Shown here in pieces: positions 24,816 to 34,099 of a stretch of 52,776 bases of DNA. Made by a program: the position numbers and the translations under genes. Position 1 is the first letter of the stretch. Every line of letters starts with the position of its first letter. The stretch is from Candidatus Parcubacteria bacterium (GTDB lineage Bacteria > Patescibacteriota > Minisyncoccia > JACPXH01): NCBI GenBank assembly GCA_016196625.1, contig JACPXH010000017.1, forward strand, positions 1 to 52,776, written 5' to 3'. The notes beneath the pieces were generated by a model. The model was given only the letters and a program-made list of their open reading frames with translations. It was not told the origin of the DNA and made no database searches.

Positions 24816-25559
24816 ATGCAAGATCAAGCTTACGACAAGACCTACGAGCTAGAGAACCGATACTGGTGGCACGTGGGACGCCGTTACGTCTTCCGAAAAG
24901 TGCTCGAGCGGTTCTTTTCGCCCCGGACCGGGGCGAAAATCGTGGACATTGGCTGCGGCACCGGTGGGAACTTCCCCATGCTGGGTGGTTTCGGGACGGT
25001 GCTTGGCCTCGACATTTCCGAGAAGGCTCTCGCCTTCTGTCGCCAGAAGGGGTTCACGAACGTGGCGCTCATGCGGGGAGTATACGATACGGGGCTCGAC
25101 GTCGGGTCTGTGGATTTGGTTACCATGTTTGACGTGCTCGAACATTTTGATGATGATGTGCGGGCGCTTGCGGAGATCAACCGGATCTTGAAGCCGGGTG
25201 GCTATACGCTGATAAGCGTGCCGGCTTTCAAGACGCTCTGGAGTGAATTGGACGAAGCGTTGTACCACCGCCGGCGTTACAAACGACGGGAGCTTGAGAT
25301 GAGGTTGGAAAAAACTGGCTTTGAAATTGTCAAGTCGAGCTACCTGTTCTTTTTCGTTTTCCCACTGGTATTTATGTACCGGGTCGTGGGTCAATTTCAA
25401 GAGCGGCGTTCCTATCCTCAATTTACGTACGTGGAGTTCCCGAAATTCATTGGTGCGTTCCTGGCGTGGCTTTCTAAGGTGGAAGCGAGCATTCTTGGTG
25501 CGGGCGGCCGGTTGCCCGTTGGTTCAACGGTGGTATGCTTCGCGCGCAAGAAGATATGA
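24816..25559 (+). CDS. Class I SAM-dependent methyltransferase (paralog of 48298..49035)
   Basis: From ATG 24816: YELENRYWWHVGRR, IVDIGCGTGGN, FDVLEHFDDD, LKPGGYTLISVP. Hydrophobic C-terminal tail. Confidence 0.75.
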   Translation: MQDQAYDKTYELENRYWWHVGRRYVFRKVLERFFSPRTGAKIVDIGCGTGGNFPMLGGFGTVLGLDISEKALAFCRQKGFTNVALMRGVYDTGLDVGSVDLVTMFDVLEHFDDDVRALAEINRILKPGGYTLISVPAFKTLWSELDEALYHRRRYKRRELEMRLEKTGFEIVKSSYLFFFVFPLVFMYRVVGQFQERRSYPQFTYVEFPKFIGAFLAWLSKVEASILGAGGRLPVGSTVVCFARKKI

Positions 25560-26284
25560 GTAATCGACCAGAGCTTTCGGTGGTGGCATTGTGCTATCGA
25601 GCCGAAGACCTTGCTCGCGAGTTTGTGGCGCAAATTGTCCGTGAGCTCGAGGAAGCAAAAATCGATTACGAACTAGTGTTGGTCGCCAACTACTGGCCCG
25701 GCTCGAACGACCGCACCCCCGAGATTGTGAAAACCATCGCGGCTGCAAACCCGAGGTGCCGCGTGGTGGCAAAAGCCAAAGAGGGAATGATGGGGTGGGA
25801 TATGCGCTCCGGGCTTGATGAGGCCACGGGCGAGCACATTTGTGTCATTGACGGGGACGGTCAGATGCCGTCTTCGGATATCGTCAAAGTCTACCGGTTG
25901 CTGCAGCTTGGGCATTACGATCTCGTGAAAACCTTCCGAGCGCAGCGCTTCGACGGGCCATATCGGCGAGTCATCTCAGCGGTGTACAACTGGTTTTTCA
26001 GGTTGCTATTTAGGCCGAAAGCTAAGTTTCGCGATGTCAACTCGAAACCGAAAGTTATGACTCGCGTTGCCTTCGATCGGATGCGCCTCGAATCGAGCGA
26101 TTGGTTCACCGATGCGGAGATCATGATCGAAGCGCTACGGATAAACCTGAAGATCGGGGAAGTTTCGACAACTTTCTTCAAAAATGAACGGCGGGCATCG
26201 TTCGTGTCACCGTCGGCCATCCTCGAATTCTTGCGCAACCTTCTCTACTACCGGTTCAAGCGCCGACCGTCGGATCATGGGTAG
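25556..26284 (+). CDS. GT2 glycosyltransferase (polyprenyl-phosphate sugar synthase-like, CsbB/GtrB-type core)
   Basis: ATGA overlap with the upstream stop. LSVVALCYRAED, VIDGDGQ (DxD), RVISAVYNWFFRLLF. No C-terminal TM helices are visible. Confidence 0.75.
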   Translation: MSNRPELSVVALCYRAEDLAREFVAQIVRELEEAKIDYELVLVANYWPGSNDRTPEIVKTIAAANPRCRVVAKAKEGMMGWDMRSGLDEATGEHICVIDGDGQMPSSDIVKVYRLLQLGHYDLVKTFRAQRFDGPYRRVISAVYNWFFRLLFRPKAKFRDVNSKPKVMTRVAFDRMRLESSDWFTDAEIMIEALRINLKIGEVSTTFFKNERRASFVSPSAILEFLRNLLYYRFKRRPSDHG

Positions 26285-28676
26285 GGAGGCACGCATCCGG
26301 ATCGCGGTTGCGGCCGCACTGGTGTTACCGGCACTCATCGTTTTCTGGCCGGTTCTTTCGGGCAGAGCAGGATTCGCTGACGGCGACGTGTTCCTCCAGT
26401 ATTACCCGCTCTACGAGGTGTTCCGTGAAGCTCTGCTCGCCGGTCAGTCGTGGCTGTGGGTGTCTGGTGTGATGACTGGTTTCCCGCTTGCCGCGAGCGT
26501 GGTGGGCGGCCTGCTCTCACCCGTGAACCTGGCGCTCTTTCGGTTCTTCGACGTGCTTAACGCGTACCACGTCGTGACAGTTGCAAACATCCTCGCGGCG
26601 GGAGCGGCGACGTACTGGCTTAGCCGTCGGCTCGGGCTTGGTCGAGCTGCGGCTCTCATCGCCGGCGTCACTCTGCCGTGGTCAGTGGCGTATGTTTCGT
26701 TTGCCTCCAATATCACCGTTTCGAACGGCTACTGGCTTTTGCTCGTGCTGTTTTCGGCGATCCTTATTATGCACGAGGCGGAGTCGCGCGGTCGGTTTTT
26801 GCTCGGGTTTGGCGTGGCCACGGTCGCGGCGGCACTAGGGTTTTTCGGCGCACACCCGCAGTGGGTAGCGCAGGGGATCGCGGTCGGGTTCGCGTGGGTA
26901 CTATACCTTTCGTGGCAGCGGCGATCTGTGCGTACCGCTCTCTGGTTTATCGGAGCGGTTGCGCTTGGCGCAGCGCTGGCACTTCCGCAGCTGCTGTTTT
27001 CTGTTCGATACCTGCCGTTCTCGTCGCGCGAAAGCGGATTAAACCTGGCCGAAGCGTTCAGTGGCGGATTCACGCTGCTCGATCCGATCGCGTATATTGT
27101 CCCGGGGCTCAATGTGCCGTATCTCATGGCTAACCCGGGAATCGCGTATGTGGGCGCGCTGCCATTCTTTTTATTCTTGTTTTCGTTTGCAGCGCCAACA
27201 TCTCCACCGTTGCGGTTCTTCCGTTGGGTCTTTGCTCTTACGTTTCTTGCATTGTTCCAATACTCGCCGGTATTTCTAGCGTTGAACGCTATCCCGGGCC
27301 TCAGTTTCTTTCGTGGGCCGAGCCGTTGGCTCTACGTTTCTAACGTAGCACTTGCCGTACTCGCCGCGTACGGGTTCGCATTCCTTGTCTCGCCAGAAGG
27401 CCGCGACCGATTGAGTAGATCGATCCGGTGGATCATGCGGGGAGTAATGGTGTTTGGGATAGCATTTCTCTTCTGGAACGTTGCGAGTATCGCTTTTAAA
27501 CTTGAGGGGCGCACGTACGACGCGCTCACGCGGTACTTCGACACCACGATCTATCCACGCACGACGAAACTTCCCCTTGAGCACTACCACGCCGTGATTC
27601 GCCGCGCTGTCGAGGCGGTCTGGGACGGAACGACGTTTCCTCACGTTGTGTTCTCGGTTTCGTTCCTGTCTCTCATTGCCGCCGCAACGCTCCTAGCGTG
27701 GTGGGTGCGACGGGAACGTTCGCCGCGGGGATTCGGCATGCTTGCGGTTTCGTTGGTCCTCGCAAACCTTATTCCGCTCGCCACAGCAAAACTTTCGTTC
27801 GTGCCCTCGGAGATTATCCGCCAGACGCCGGCCATGGTGCGTAGAGTCCGTGTAGATGCCGGCGCCGAACCCTTCCGCGTCTGGACGTTTTTTCCAGGAG
27901 TAACCGTCTTTACGAAGCTCGATACCCCATTCGGCTACGAACCCGCGGAAAATGTTAGTTTTCAACGCGAGCTCATCGCACCCAATATCGGGCTCTCATA
28001 CGGCGTGGATACGCTCGATAACTACGATAACTTTATGGATCGGCGTAGTTCTCGCGTGCTCGGCCATCTCGGGAGCGATCGGGCAACCTACGGCGAGTTG
28101 CTCGTTCGGGAGAAGCTCTCTCTCGAAGAGAAGCGTGCGCTGTTCCTCGAACGACTTCCCATACTCTCCCGATTCAATGTGCGGTACATCGTAAGCGCCT
28201 TCCCCCTAGAACACCCTCAACTCCGCGCAGTCAGCCGCATGCGCGCCACGCGTCATGAGATCGAACTCATGCTCTACGAAAACTCGGCAGTTTGGCCGCG
28301 CTACTACCTCGCGGGGCGCGTTCGGACTGTTCCGCCTGCGGATGAAAAGATAGAATGGGAACAATTTCTCCGGCACGTCGCGGCAGATCCCGATGGCGAT
28401 CTCATCGCCTGCGAGCAGTGTTCTGCGGTTCAGGTGGGGAAGCGTGAGGCAGTACCGGTTGTTTCATCGAGCGGTTCCACCTATACTTTTGTGGTGGAGA
28501 CGGATGCGCCGCGCTGGTTCGTGTTTGGGCAAAATATGCTCCCTGGCTGGCGTGTTACGATTGACGGCAAGTTAGTCCCCACATACCGCGCAAACTTTCT
28601 AAATCAGGCTGTTGTTGTGCCCGTTGGCCGGCACGAAATAATGTTCGAGTTTAATCCATTTCGTTTTGAACTTTGA
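26277..28676 (+). CDS. YfhO-like GT-C membrane glycosyltransferase
   Basis: 799 aa from ATG 26277, overlapping the GT2 stop by 8 nt. N-terminal FADGDVFLQYYPLYEVFREALLAGQSWLWVSGVMTGFPL. Many TM segments. C-terminal beta-rich end GWRVTIDGKLVPTYRANFLNQAVVVPVGRHEIMFEF, as in YfhO-type proteins. Confidence 0.6.
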   Translation: MGREARIRIAVAAALVLPALIVFWPVLSGRAGFADGDVFLQYYPLYEVFREALLAGQSWLWVSGVMTGFPLAASVVGGLLSPVNLALFRFFDVLNAYHVVTVANILAAGAATYWLSRRLGLGRAAALIAGVTLPWSVAYVSFASNITVSNGYWLLLVLFSAILIMHEAESRGRFLLGFGVATVAAALGFFGAHPQWVAQGIAVGFAWVLYLSWQRRSVRTALWFIGAVALGAALALPQLLFSVRYLPFSSRESGLNLAEAFSGGFTLLDPIAYIVPGLNVPYLMANPGIAYVGALPFFLFLFSFAAPTSPPLRFFRWVFALTFLALFQYSPVFLALNAIPGLSFFRGPSRWLYVSNVALAVLAAYGFAFLVSPEGRDRLSRSIRWIMRGVMVFGIAFLFWNVASIAFKLEGRTYDALTRYFDTTIYPRTTKLPLEHYHAVIRRAVEAVWDGTTFPHVVFSVSFLSLIAAATLLAWWVRRERSPRGFGMLAVSLVLANLIPLATAKLSFVPSEIIRQTPAMVRRVRVDAGAEPFRVWTFFPGVTVFTKLDTPFGYEPAENVSFQRELIAPNIGLSYGVDTLDNYDNFMDRRSSRVLGHLGSDRATYGELLVREKLSLEEKRALFLERLPILSRFNVRYIVSAFPLEHPQLRAVSRMRATRHEIELMLYENSAVWPRYYLAGRVRTVPPADEKIEWEQFLRHVAADPDGDLIACEQCSAVQVGKREAVPVVSSSGSTYTFVVETDAPRWFVFGQNMLPGWRVTIDGKLVPTYRANFLNQAVVVPVGRHEIMFEFNPFRFEL

Positions 28677-28829
28677 GCTTTGCGCTTTGAGTTTTCCTTA
28701 TGCACATCCTCGATAACGTTATCGTTTGGCGCGGGTTCCGGTGGTGCCTCTATGCCGCTAACGTATGCGTGGCCACTACGAACCGGTAGCGTCGCTCCAG
28801 ACGCGCGATATCTACCGGCACACCGGTCC

Positions 28830-30908
28830 ATGAACCGTATCCGGTTATTCTTTGTTGACGTGTTCTCCCAGCCGCGCTTCGGTTGGTTCCTTGCCGTGAG
28901 TGCGGTCGCGTATTTCGTGGGCGTTCGTCTCGGGCAGGACGTCGTGTACCGAATGTCGCTCCGGTCATTCCCGGATCTCTTCGCAAGCCACGGCAACCTC
29001 ATTCAGCCAGAGCCCCTGGAAGCGCCGCTGTACCTGGCGGGCTATCTTCTTATTCCCCTTGGTGCCCTCGGTCTTTGGTTTATCGCTAGCCAGTGGCGCC
29101 GGCTGATCGCGGTGGTTGCGACCATTGGGGGAGTCGTCATGTTGTGGTTCGTATATCCTGCACTGTGGCATGTGGTGGGGCGCGTTGGTGAGATGGGTGT
29201 CATGGCGGTCCAGTACGCTGCGACGCACGACCTCGTCCAGGTACTCTGGCTCGCAACAACGAAACGTATCGTGGTTACGGGTGCTATACTCGGCATCTCG
29301 ACGGTCGCGTTTGTTTGGCTCTTTGCCTCTGGGCGTCGGCCGTTCCTGGCGTGGATCCGGCAGCACCGCGACGCGCTCTCGTCTCGCTGGGCGCAGACTC
29401 TGTTTCTACTCGCCGTCGCCATCGTCGTCTTCCACCCGAATTTTCCCTTTGATCCGCACCATTACAATTATTTTCTCGGGCCGGTGAATGACATTCTTCA
29501 CGGCAAGCCGATTCTTTATGAAACGTACGCCCTCTACGGGCTCCTCGATGTGTATGCGCTTGCGGCGATCTTCCGATGGCTCTTGCCGTTGAGCTACCCG
29601 GCGGCCGTCCTCGTGGTGACAGGGCTCTTCGCCGCATTCTTCGCGGGGATGTATTTCTTTATTCGCCGTTGGCTCGGCTCGCACCTGATGGCGGTCATCG
29701 GCGTCTCGGCGCTCGTGGCGACACTCTATCTATTCCAAACAAGCCCGACGCGTTCATCGCTGTTTTTTCCGGCGATGAGCCCGCTCCGTTACGGTTGGTA
29801 CCTCCCAATTCTTTTCCTCATTCATCGTTACGGCGTCACGCGGAGCGCCAAAGCATGGTGGGGGGCGATTGTGCTCGCGGCGATCGCGCTCTTTTGGACG
29901 ATTGACGCTGGCGCATACGTTGCCGCTGCGACGCTCATCACGCTTGGCATCGCGGAGGTTTTGCAGAGAGCGCCGGCACGCGGCGCTGTTCTCCGGACGG
30001 CGGCAGCGGTTGCGTTCCGGCTTGGGGCAGTATTCGTTCTTGTTGTCGGCGCGGTCGTAGCGACCATCACCGCGGCGAACGCGGCCGTCTTCGGCGCACT
30101 GCCCGACTGGAGCCTTTTTACAAAGGAGTTCCTAGATTTTGTAGGCGGCGTGGTGATGAACCCTCTGCCGGCGGTGGGGGTGTTCGTGTTCCTCGTACTT
30201 GGATACGTCGTCGCGTGGCTTGCGGTCGCCGACGAGGCGCGCCGCGGCCGAAATCCTGATCTCGCGCTCGTCTTCCTCCTTGCGTATGGCGCCTTCCAGT
30301 TCCTCTACTATATCGGCAACTCGTCCTGGCAGACTCTCTATCTTGTCACGGGGCCGTTCTTCCTCATCTTACTTTATGTGTTTTACCGTGCTACCCTGGC
30401 AGACCCCTTCGGTCCGCCGTGGGCCGAGCGGTTGCTTGTCGCGTCAGGATACGCCGTGGCGGTCTTCGCCGCGCTACTTCTTGTGGCAAAGCTCCCCGTT
30501 GAGTTTGCGGGTCGCAACTATGCCCAGATTAGCGAGAGCTTTCAGAGTTACGGCGTCCGGGAACTTTCGGTGGCAGATGAGTATACCGATGGGCGAGAGA
30601 TTCGCCGGGCGTATCCGAATTTTGAGCGGCTAGCTGTCATTTCGACCCGCGACACTCCACTCCTTATTGCGGCCGGCCGGCCGAATGCCTTCGCGACGTA
30701 CTACCTGCGCGATGTGCTTTTTAAATCGCAGGTACGCGGGTTTATCGCCCAGGCACGCCGCGACCTGACGCCGGTTATCTTTGTCGGTACGGGGAGCCGG
30801 CGAAACGACCAAGTTGAACTTTTCCTCAAAGGCGTGCGCGAACGCTACGCGCGTGCGCAATCCCTACGGACGGTTGACATGTACGTTCTGCGAGACGGAT
30901 CTTTCTGA
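28830..30908 (+). CDS. Large polytopic membrane protein, unassigned family (paralog 1 of 3)
   Basis: 692 aa from ATG 28830, chosen by alignment with paralog 2. Conserved blocks shared with 32059..34011 and 34100..35872: VLWLATTKR, HPNFPFDPHHYNYFLGPVNDILHGKPILYETYALYGLLDVY, LPVEFAGRNY, and C-terminal NDQVE...LRTVDMYVLR. Confidence 0.7.
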   Translation: MNRIRLFFVDVFSQPRFGWFLAVSAVAYFVGVRLGQDVVYRMSLRSFPDLFASHGNLIQPEPLEAPLYLAGYLLIPLGALGLWFIASQWRRLIAVVATIGGVVMLWFVYPALWHVVGRVGEMGVMAVQYAATHDLVQVLWLATTKRIVVTGAILGISTVAFVWLFASGRRPFLAWIRQHRDALSSRWAQTLFLLAVAIVVFHPNFPFDPHHYNYFLGPVNDILHGKPILYETYALYGLLDVYALAAIFRWLLPLSYPAAVLVVTGLFAAFFAGMYFFIRRWLGSHLMAVIGVSALVATLYLFQTSPTRSSLFFPAMSPLRYGWYLPILFLIHRYGVTRSAKAWWGAIVLAAIALFWTIDAGAYVAAATLITLGIAEVLQRAPARGAVLRTAAAVAFRLGAVFVLVVGAVVATITAANAAVFGALPDWSLFTKEFLDFVGGVVMNPLPAVGVFVFLVLGYVVAWLAVADEARRGRNPDLALVFLLAYGAFQFLYYIGNSSWQTLYLVTGPFFLILLYVFYRATLADPFGPPWAERLLVASGYAVAVFAALLLVAKLPVEFAGRNYAQISESFQSYGVRELSVADEYTDGREIRRAYPNFERLAVISTRDTPLLIAAGRPNAFATYYLRDVLFKSQVRGFIAQARRDLTPVIFVGTGSRRNDQVELFLKGVRERYARAQSLRTVDMYVLRDGSF

Positions 30909-30972
30909 GCCGCAAGCCCAAGGTTGTAACCGTTGAGATCGCAAAGCGTAGTAGTCGTGGCGATAAAAATCC

Positions 30973-31596
30973 TCATGGCCGAACGATTTTTATGTACAAA
31001 AAATGCCAAAGTTTTATAAACTTATTCGGACTAGGAAAAATTCTCATTTCGGTAACTGGATAATTTTTAAAAACTTTTTCTGTTTGTTCTCGGGTCCGGA
31101 TATGTTTGCCCTGGTCAAACTTGGTCAAAAGCTTGGTGGTCCACCGGTCATCAGGCCTGTGGATGATATCGAAGAAGTGCAGTGCCCCGCCGGGTTTCAG
31201 AGCCACTAAAAGTTTGTCGAGGATACTCTTAAATTCTTCATCGGAGAGATGGTGACTGGTGCTGGCAAATAGCGCGTGATCAAAAAAATTACGCTTGTAC
31301 TCTTGTCGTAAAACATCAACGCATGCAAAGTGGACATGAGGATAATTTTTGAATTTCTGTTTGGCTGCCGTTATCGCTTCGCCGTCAATGTCCACGCCGT
31401 AATATTCAAAATTCAAAAATCCCGGAGTGGTGTTGCCGTAGGAACAACCAAAGTCGAGCAAGGTTCCGGATTTTCCCTCAAACACCGATGTATACAGGGC
31501 TACCTTGTACTGGTTTGCCCCGAGGAAATTGTGTACAAAATTGAGGACAAAAGGGATATTAATGATCTTCTTCATGATGCGATTTTTCAGGGCCAT
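30973..31596 (-). CDS. Class I SAM-dependent methyltransferase (low-G+C insert)
   Basis: 207 aa. LLDFGCSYGNTTP (motif I), YYGVDIDGEA, LKPGGALHFFD. Markedly AT-rich codon usage. Confidence 0.75.
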   Translation of the reverse strand: MALKNRIMKKIINIPFVLNFVHNFLGANQYKVALYTSVFEGKSGTLLDFGCSYGNTTPGFLNFEYYGVDIDGEAITAAKQKFKNYPHVHFACVDVLRQEYKRNFFDHALFASTSHHLSDEEFKSILDKLLVALKPGGALHFFDIIHRPDDRWTTKLLTKFDQGKHIRTREQTEKVFKNYPVTEMRIFPSPNKFIKLWHFLYIKIVRP

Positions 31597-31602
31597 CTGG
31601 AA

Positions 31603-31631
31603 ATTATACCCTAGTTAATCGCATTATGCAA
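31603..31631 (-). promoter_or_regulatory. Sigma70-like promoter giving a leaderless methyltransferase mRNA
   Basis: Minus strand: TTGCAT (31631-31626), 17-nt spacer, consensus TATAAT (31608-31603), then 6 nt (TTCCAG) to ATG at 31596. No room for an RBS. Confidence 0.5.
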
Positions 31632-32058
31632 ACGCGGCAAGCCAACACGGTAAAGAAAATGTCTTGAAACCAACCAAACTGTTACTTAACGTAACTGCCC
31701 CAAGGGCGTCGTTGCCAGAAAACGGCTAATCGTGATCTTCCCCGGCCATCAGATGTATGAGGCCGCGGATTTTTGTGGCCGCTATCTCGAAGCCCTCCCA
31801 CCCATTTCTTCGCTCGGCGCAAGTTCCCGAACGCGCACTTCCGCTGCCCACATACCGGGGACCAAAGCGATTTTTCACGGAGGATTGGGGTAGTTATTCC
31901 AGCCAGGTAATGAAGCGATGTTTTTAGCATTGACAGGTAGAGTTCTTGGAGTACGCTGGGAATATTCTCAAGAGTTGCCTGCCATGATCAAATCGAGAGT
32001 GGAAACCTCTAGCGGCCGTCCGGCTCAGGCAACCTGTGCGACACTTTTGCATGCAGCA

Positions 32059-34011
32059 ATGAAAAACTTTTTGGACTATATAAAAAATCTTGATTTCAGA
32101 AAATATCTGGTTTTTTTGATTCCTGCCGTTTTGATTTATTTCTTCGCCTCCAATGTTTTCCAGAGCCGCCTGACGATTACCAACTTTGATATGCTTGATG
32201 CGTACCCCGGGTACCCGATTCTGCCTGAACCGTATGAGATTCCTTTGTATTTATTAAGTTTTATCGCGGTTCCATTGTTGACGCTGGTTTTTTACCGCTT
32301 GTGGAGTTATCCAGCTATACGGTTTGCTGTTGGCCTCTTGGTCGGCGCGGGTGCAGTGGCCCTGTTGGTAAAGATTGCCCAGATGCACTGGCCGAGTGTC
32401 GCTACAGCTTTCGACTATTTGGCGACGCGCCGCACCAGCCACGTCCTATGGCTGGTGACCACGAAACGCCTGTACGCGGTGAGGCTGGCAATGGCCACCA
32501 GCGTGGCGGCCTTGATCTTTTTTTATTGGAAGCCGTTGCAATTCCGTTGGCTGACCAGCCGCGAAAATCCTCGGCTGAAAACATTACTCTTCCTGCTGCT
32601 GGTGATGCTCGGGGTCGTTGTGTTTGATCCGAATTTTACTTCGCAGGAGGGTTTCACGAATTTCGTGCTGAGCCCGGCGCATGAAATGCTGAACGGCAAA
32701 CCCCTGCTGTATGATACTACCTCGGTGTATGGCGTGTTGAGCGTCTACCTGACTGCGTTTTTGATCAAATTTTTTCTTCCGCTGTCCTATAAATCCATGT
32801 CCTTGATTATCATGGTAGCGTATTTTGGTTTTTACTTCTTGCTGTATAAAGCGCTGAAAATTTGGACGCAATCGTCTGTCTTTTCGCTGTTGGGCACATG
32901 GCTTGCGGTCGTGGTCGGGTATTTTTTGCTCGTGTCTCCCTATATAGCAGCCACGAGTTATATCGGTCAAACCGCATACCGGCAAGGTTTTTACCTAATT
33001 ATATTTTATTTTTTGGTGCGCTGGTGGCAAACACATTCCCGAGCGACTCGGGAGCTGATCTTTCTTTTTTCTGCCCTTGGTTTGTTTTGGAATATCGATA
33101 CCGGTGTGTACATTGCGATTGCCACTTTTGCCTCGCTTGCCTATGTGCTGCTCACGGAAAGATCCACTCGTTCGGCACGCTCACCCGACAGTACTTTTCA
33201 GAAATTTAAAAAAGTTTTTTCCCTCGGCGTGCATCAATTCCTTTATATTTTTGGGGTATTCGCCGTTATTTCTCTGGTCAACTATTTGATGTATCATTCG
33301 TGGCCCAACTGGCTGTTGGAGATTGCCGACATTTCCACGTTTAACACCGGGTACGGTAAAATTCTCATGCCTCAATTTGGCATTTTTGAAATCTACCTGT
33401 TTGTTTACTTGGGGTTTCTGGCGTGGATCGTCTGGAAATTCGTGAGAAAAGAGGTCGTGCCGTTGCCCGTGGTATTCCTGACGACCTATGGAATTTTTTC
33501 CTTTATTTATTATGTCGGCAACTCTGCCTGGAGTTATCTCAACTTTATTTCTATTCCCATGCTCATGTTGCTGCTTTACTTCTTTTATCAATTTTTCCGC
33601 GAACAATCTGATTTTCTTCCGCGGCGTTTGATGGCAGCCGGATTGGGCGCATTGCTGTTTTTTGCTTCGATCGTAACGATGGTCAAAATCCCGGTGGTGT
33701 TTGCGAATCGGAACTATGCCGACATCAGCTTGACCAGTATTGATGCCGCAGACGAGCCGTTGTACCAGGACGCAATCTATTTACGGGGACACTTTCCCGA
33801 CACGCGCTTGGCGGTTTTGCACGAAACCGACGGCAAGCTCCTCGTGATGGCTGATAAAATCAACTATTTTTACCTGCAGTCCGGACACCAGCGGCTGTAT
33901 AGCTTATATGATAATTTTCTCATGATTTATCGGCGCCATACCCAAGGTATTAGCCTATTTTGTTGTCATTCGTTTTTTCCAGGATTGGCTGTATCGGAGT
34001 CTCGGCGTTGA
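32059..34011 (+). CDS. Large polytopic membrane protein, unassigned family (paralog 2; divergent, C-terminally truncated)
   Basis: 650 aa from ATG 32059; alternative starts at 31984 and 31918. Aligns with paralogs 1 and 3 but has DPNFTSQEGFTNFVLSPAHEMLNGKPLLYDT in place of the DPHHY(N/H)YFLG block. Lacks the terminal NDQVE...TVD(V/M)Y module. Confidence 0.65.
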   Translation: MKNFLDYIKNLDFRKYLVFLIPAVLIYFFASNVFQSRLTITNFDMLDAYPGYPILPEPYEIPLYLLSFIAVPLLTLVFYRLWSYPAIRFAVGLLVGAGAVALLVKIAQMHWPSVATAFDYLATRRTSHVLWLVTTKRLYAVRLAMATSVAALIFFYWKPLQFRWLTSRENPRLKTLLFLLLVMLGVVVFDPNFTSQEGFTNFVLSPAHEMLNGKPLLYDTTSVYGVLSVYLTAFLIKFFLPLSYKSMSLIIMVAYFGFYFLLYKALKIWTQSSVFSLLGTWLAVVVGYFLLVSPYIAATSYIGQTAYRQGFYLIIFYFLVRWWQTHSRATRELIFLFSALGLFWNIDTGVYIAIATFASLAYVLLTERSTRSARSPDSTFQKFKKVFSLGVHQFLYIFGVFAVISLVNYLMYHSWPNWLLEIADISTFNTGYGKILMPQFGIFEIYLFVYLGFLAWIVWKFVRKEVVPLPVVFLTTYGIFSFIYYVGNSAWSYLNFISIPMLMLLLYFFYQFFREQSDFLPRRLMAAGLGALLFFASIVTMVKIPVVFANRNYADISLTSIDAADEPLYQDAIYLRGHFPDTRLAVLHETDGKLLVMADKINYFYLQSGHQRLYSLYDNFLMIYRRHTQGISLFCCHSFFPGLAVSESRR

Positions 34012-34099
34012 CCAGCGGCCCGGCGGGCTGTTTGAGAGCTTCGGACCGTTCTTCCGCGGCGAGCCGTATGAAATTTTTCTTTACCTGCTCGGTTATTTC
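33908..34099 (+). other. Interrupted 5' segment of paralog 3 (ATG 33908, in-frame TGA 33923-33925, then 58 homologous codons without a start codon)
   Basis: In the frame of 34100..35872: ATG ATA ATT TTC TCA TGA, then FIGAIPKVLAYFVVIRFFQDWLYRSL...EPYEIFLYLLGYFVVP. This aligns with the N-terminal helix/loop of paralogs 1 and 2. It overlaps the tail of 32059..34011 in another frame. Confidence 0.5.

Noticed and set aside
31682-31930. 82-aa minus-strand ORF in the insert spacer.
   Set aside because: It is highly basic (Arg/Lys/Gly-rich) with no start-proximal RBS or promoter and no motif. It may still be a remnant of a degraded gene, but it is not supportable as a feature.
33923-33925. In-frame TGA of paralog 3 as evidence for TGA-to-Gly recoding (genetic code 25) in the low-G+C insert.
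   Set aside because: The three long genes of the insert (207, 650 and 590 codons) contain no other in-frame TGA. Many genes in the window, including paralog 2 within the insert, terminate with TGA, often in ATGA overlaps. A single nonsense mutation, deletion scar or sequencing error is more parsimonious.
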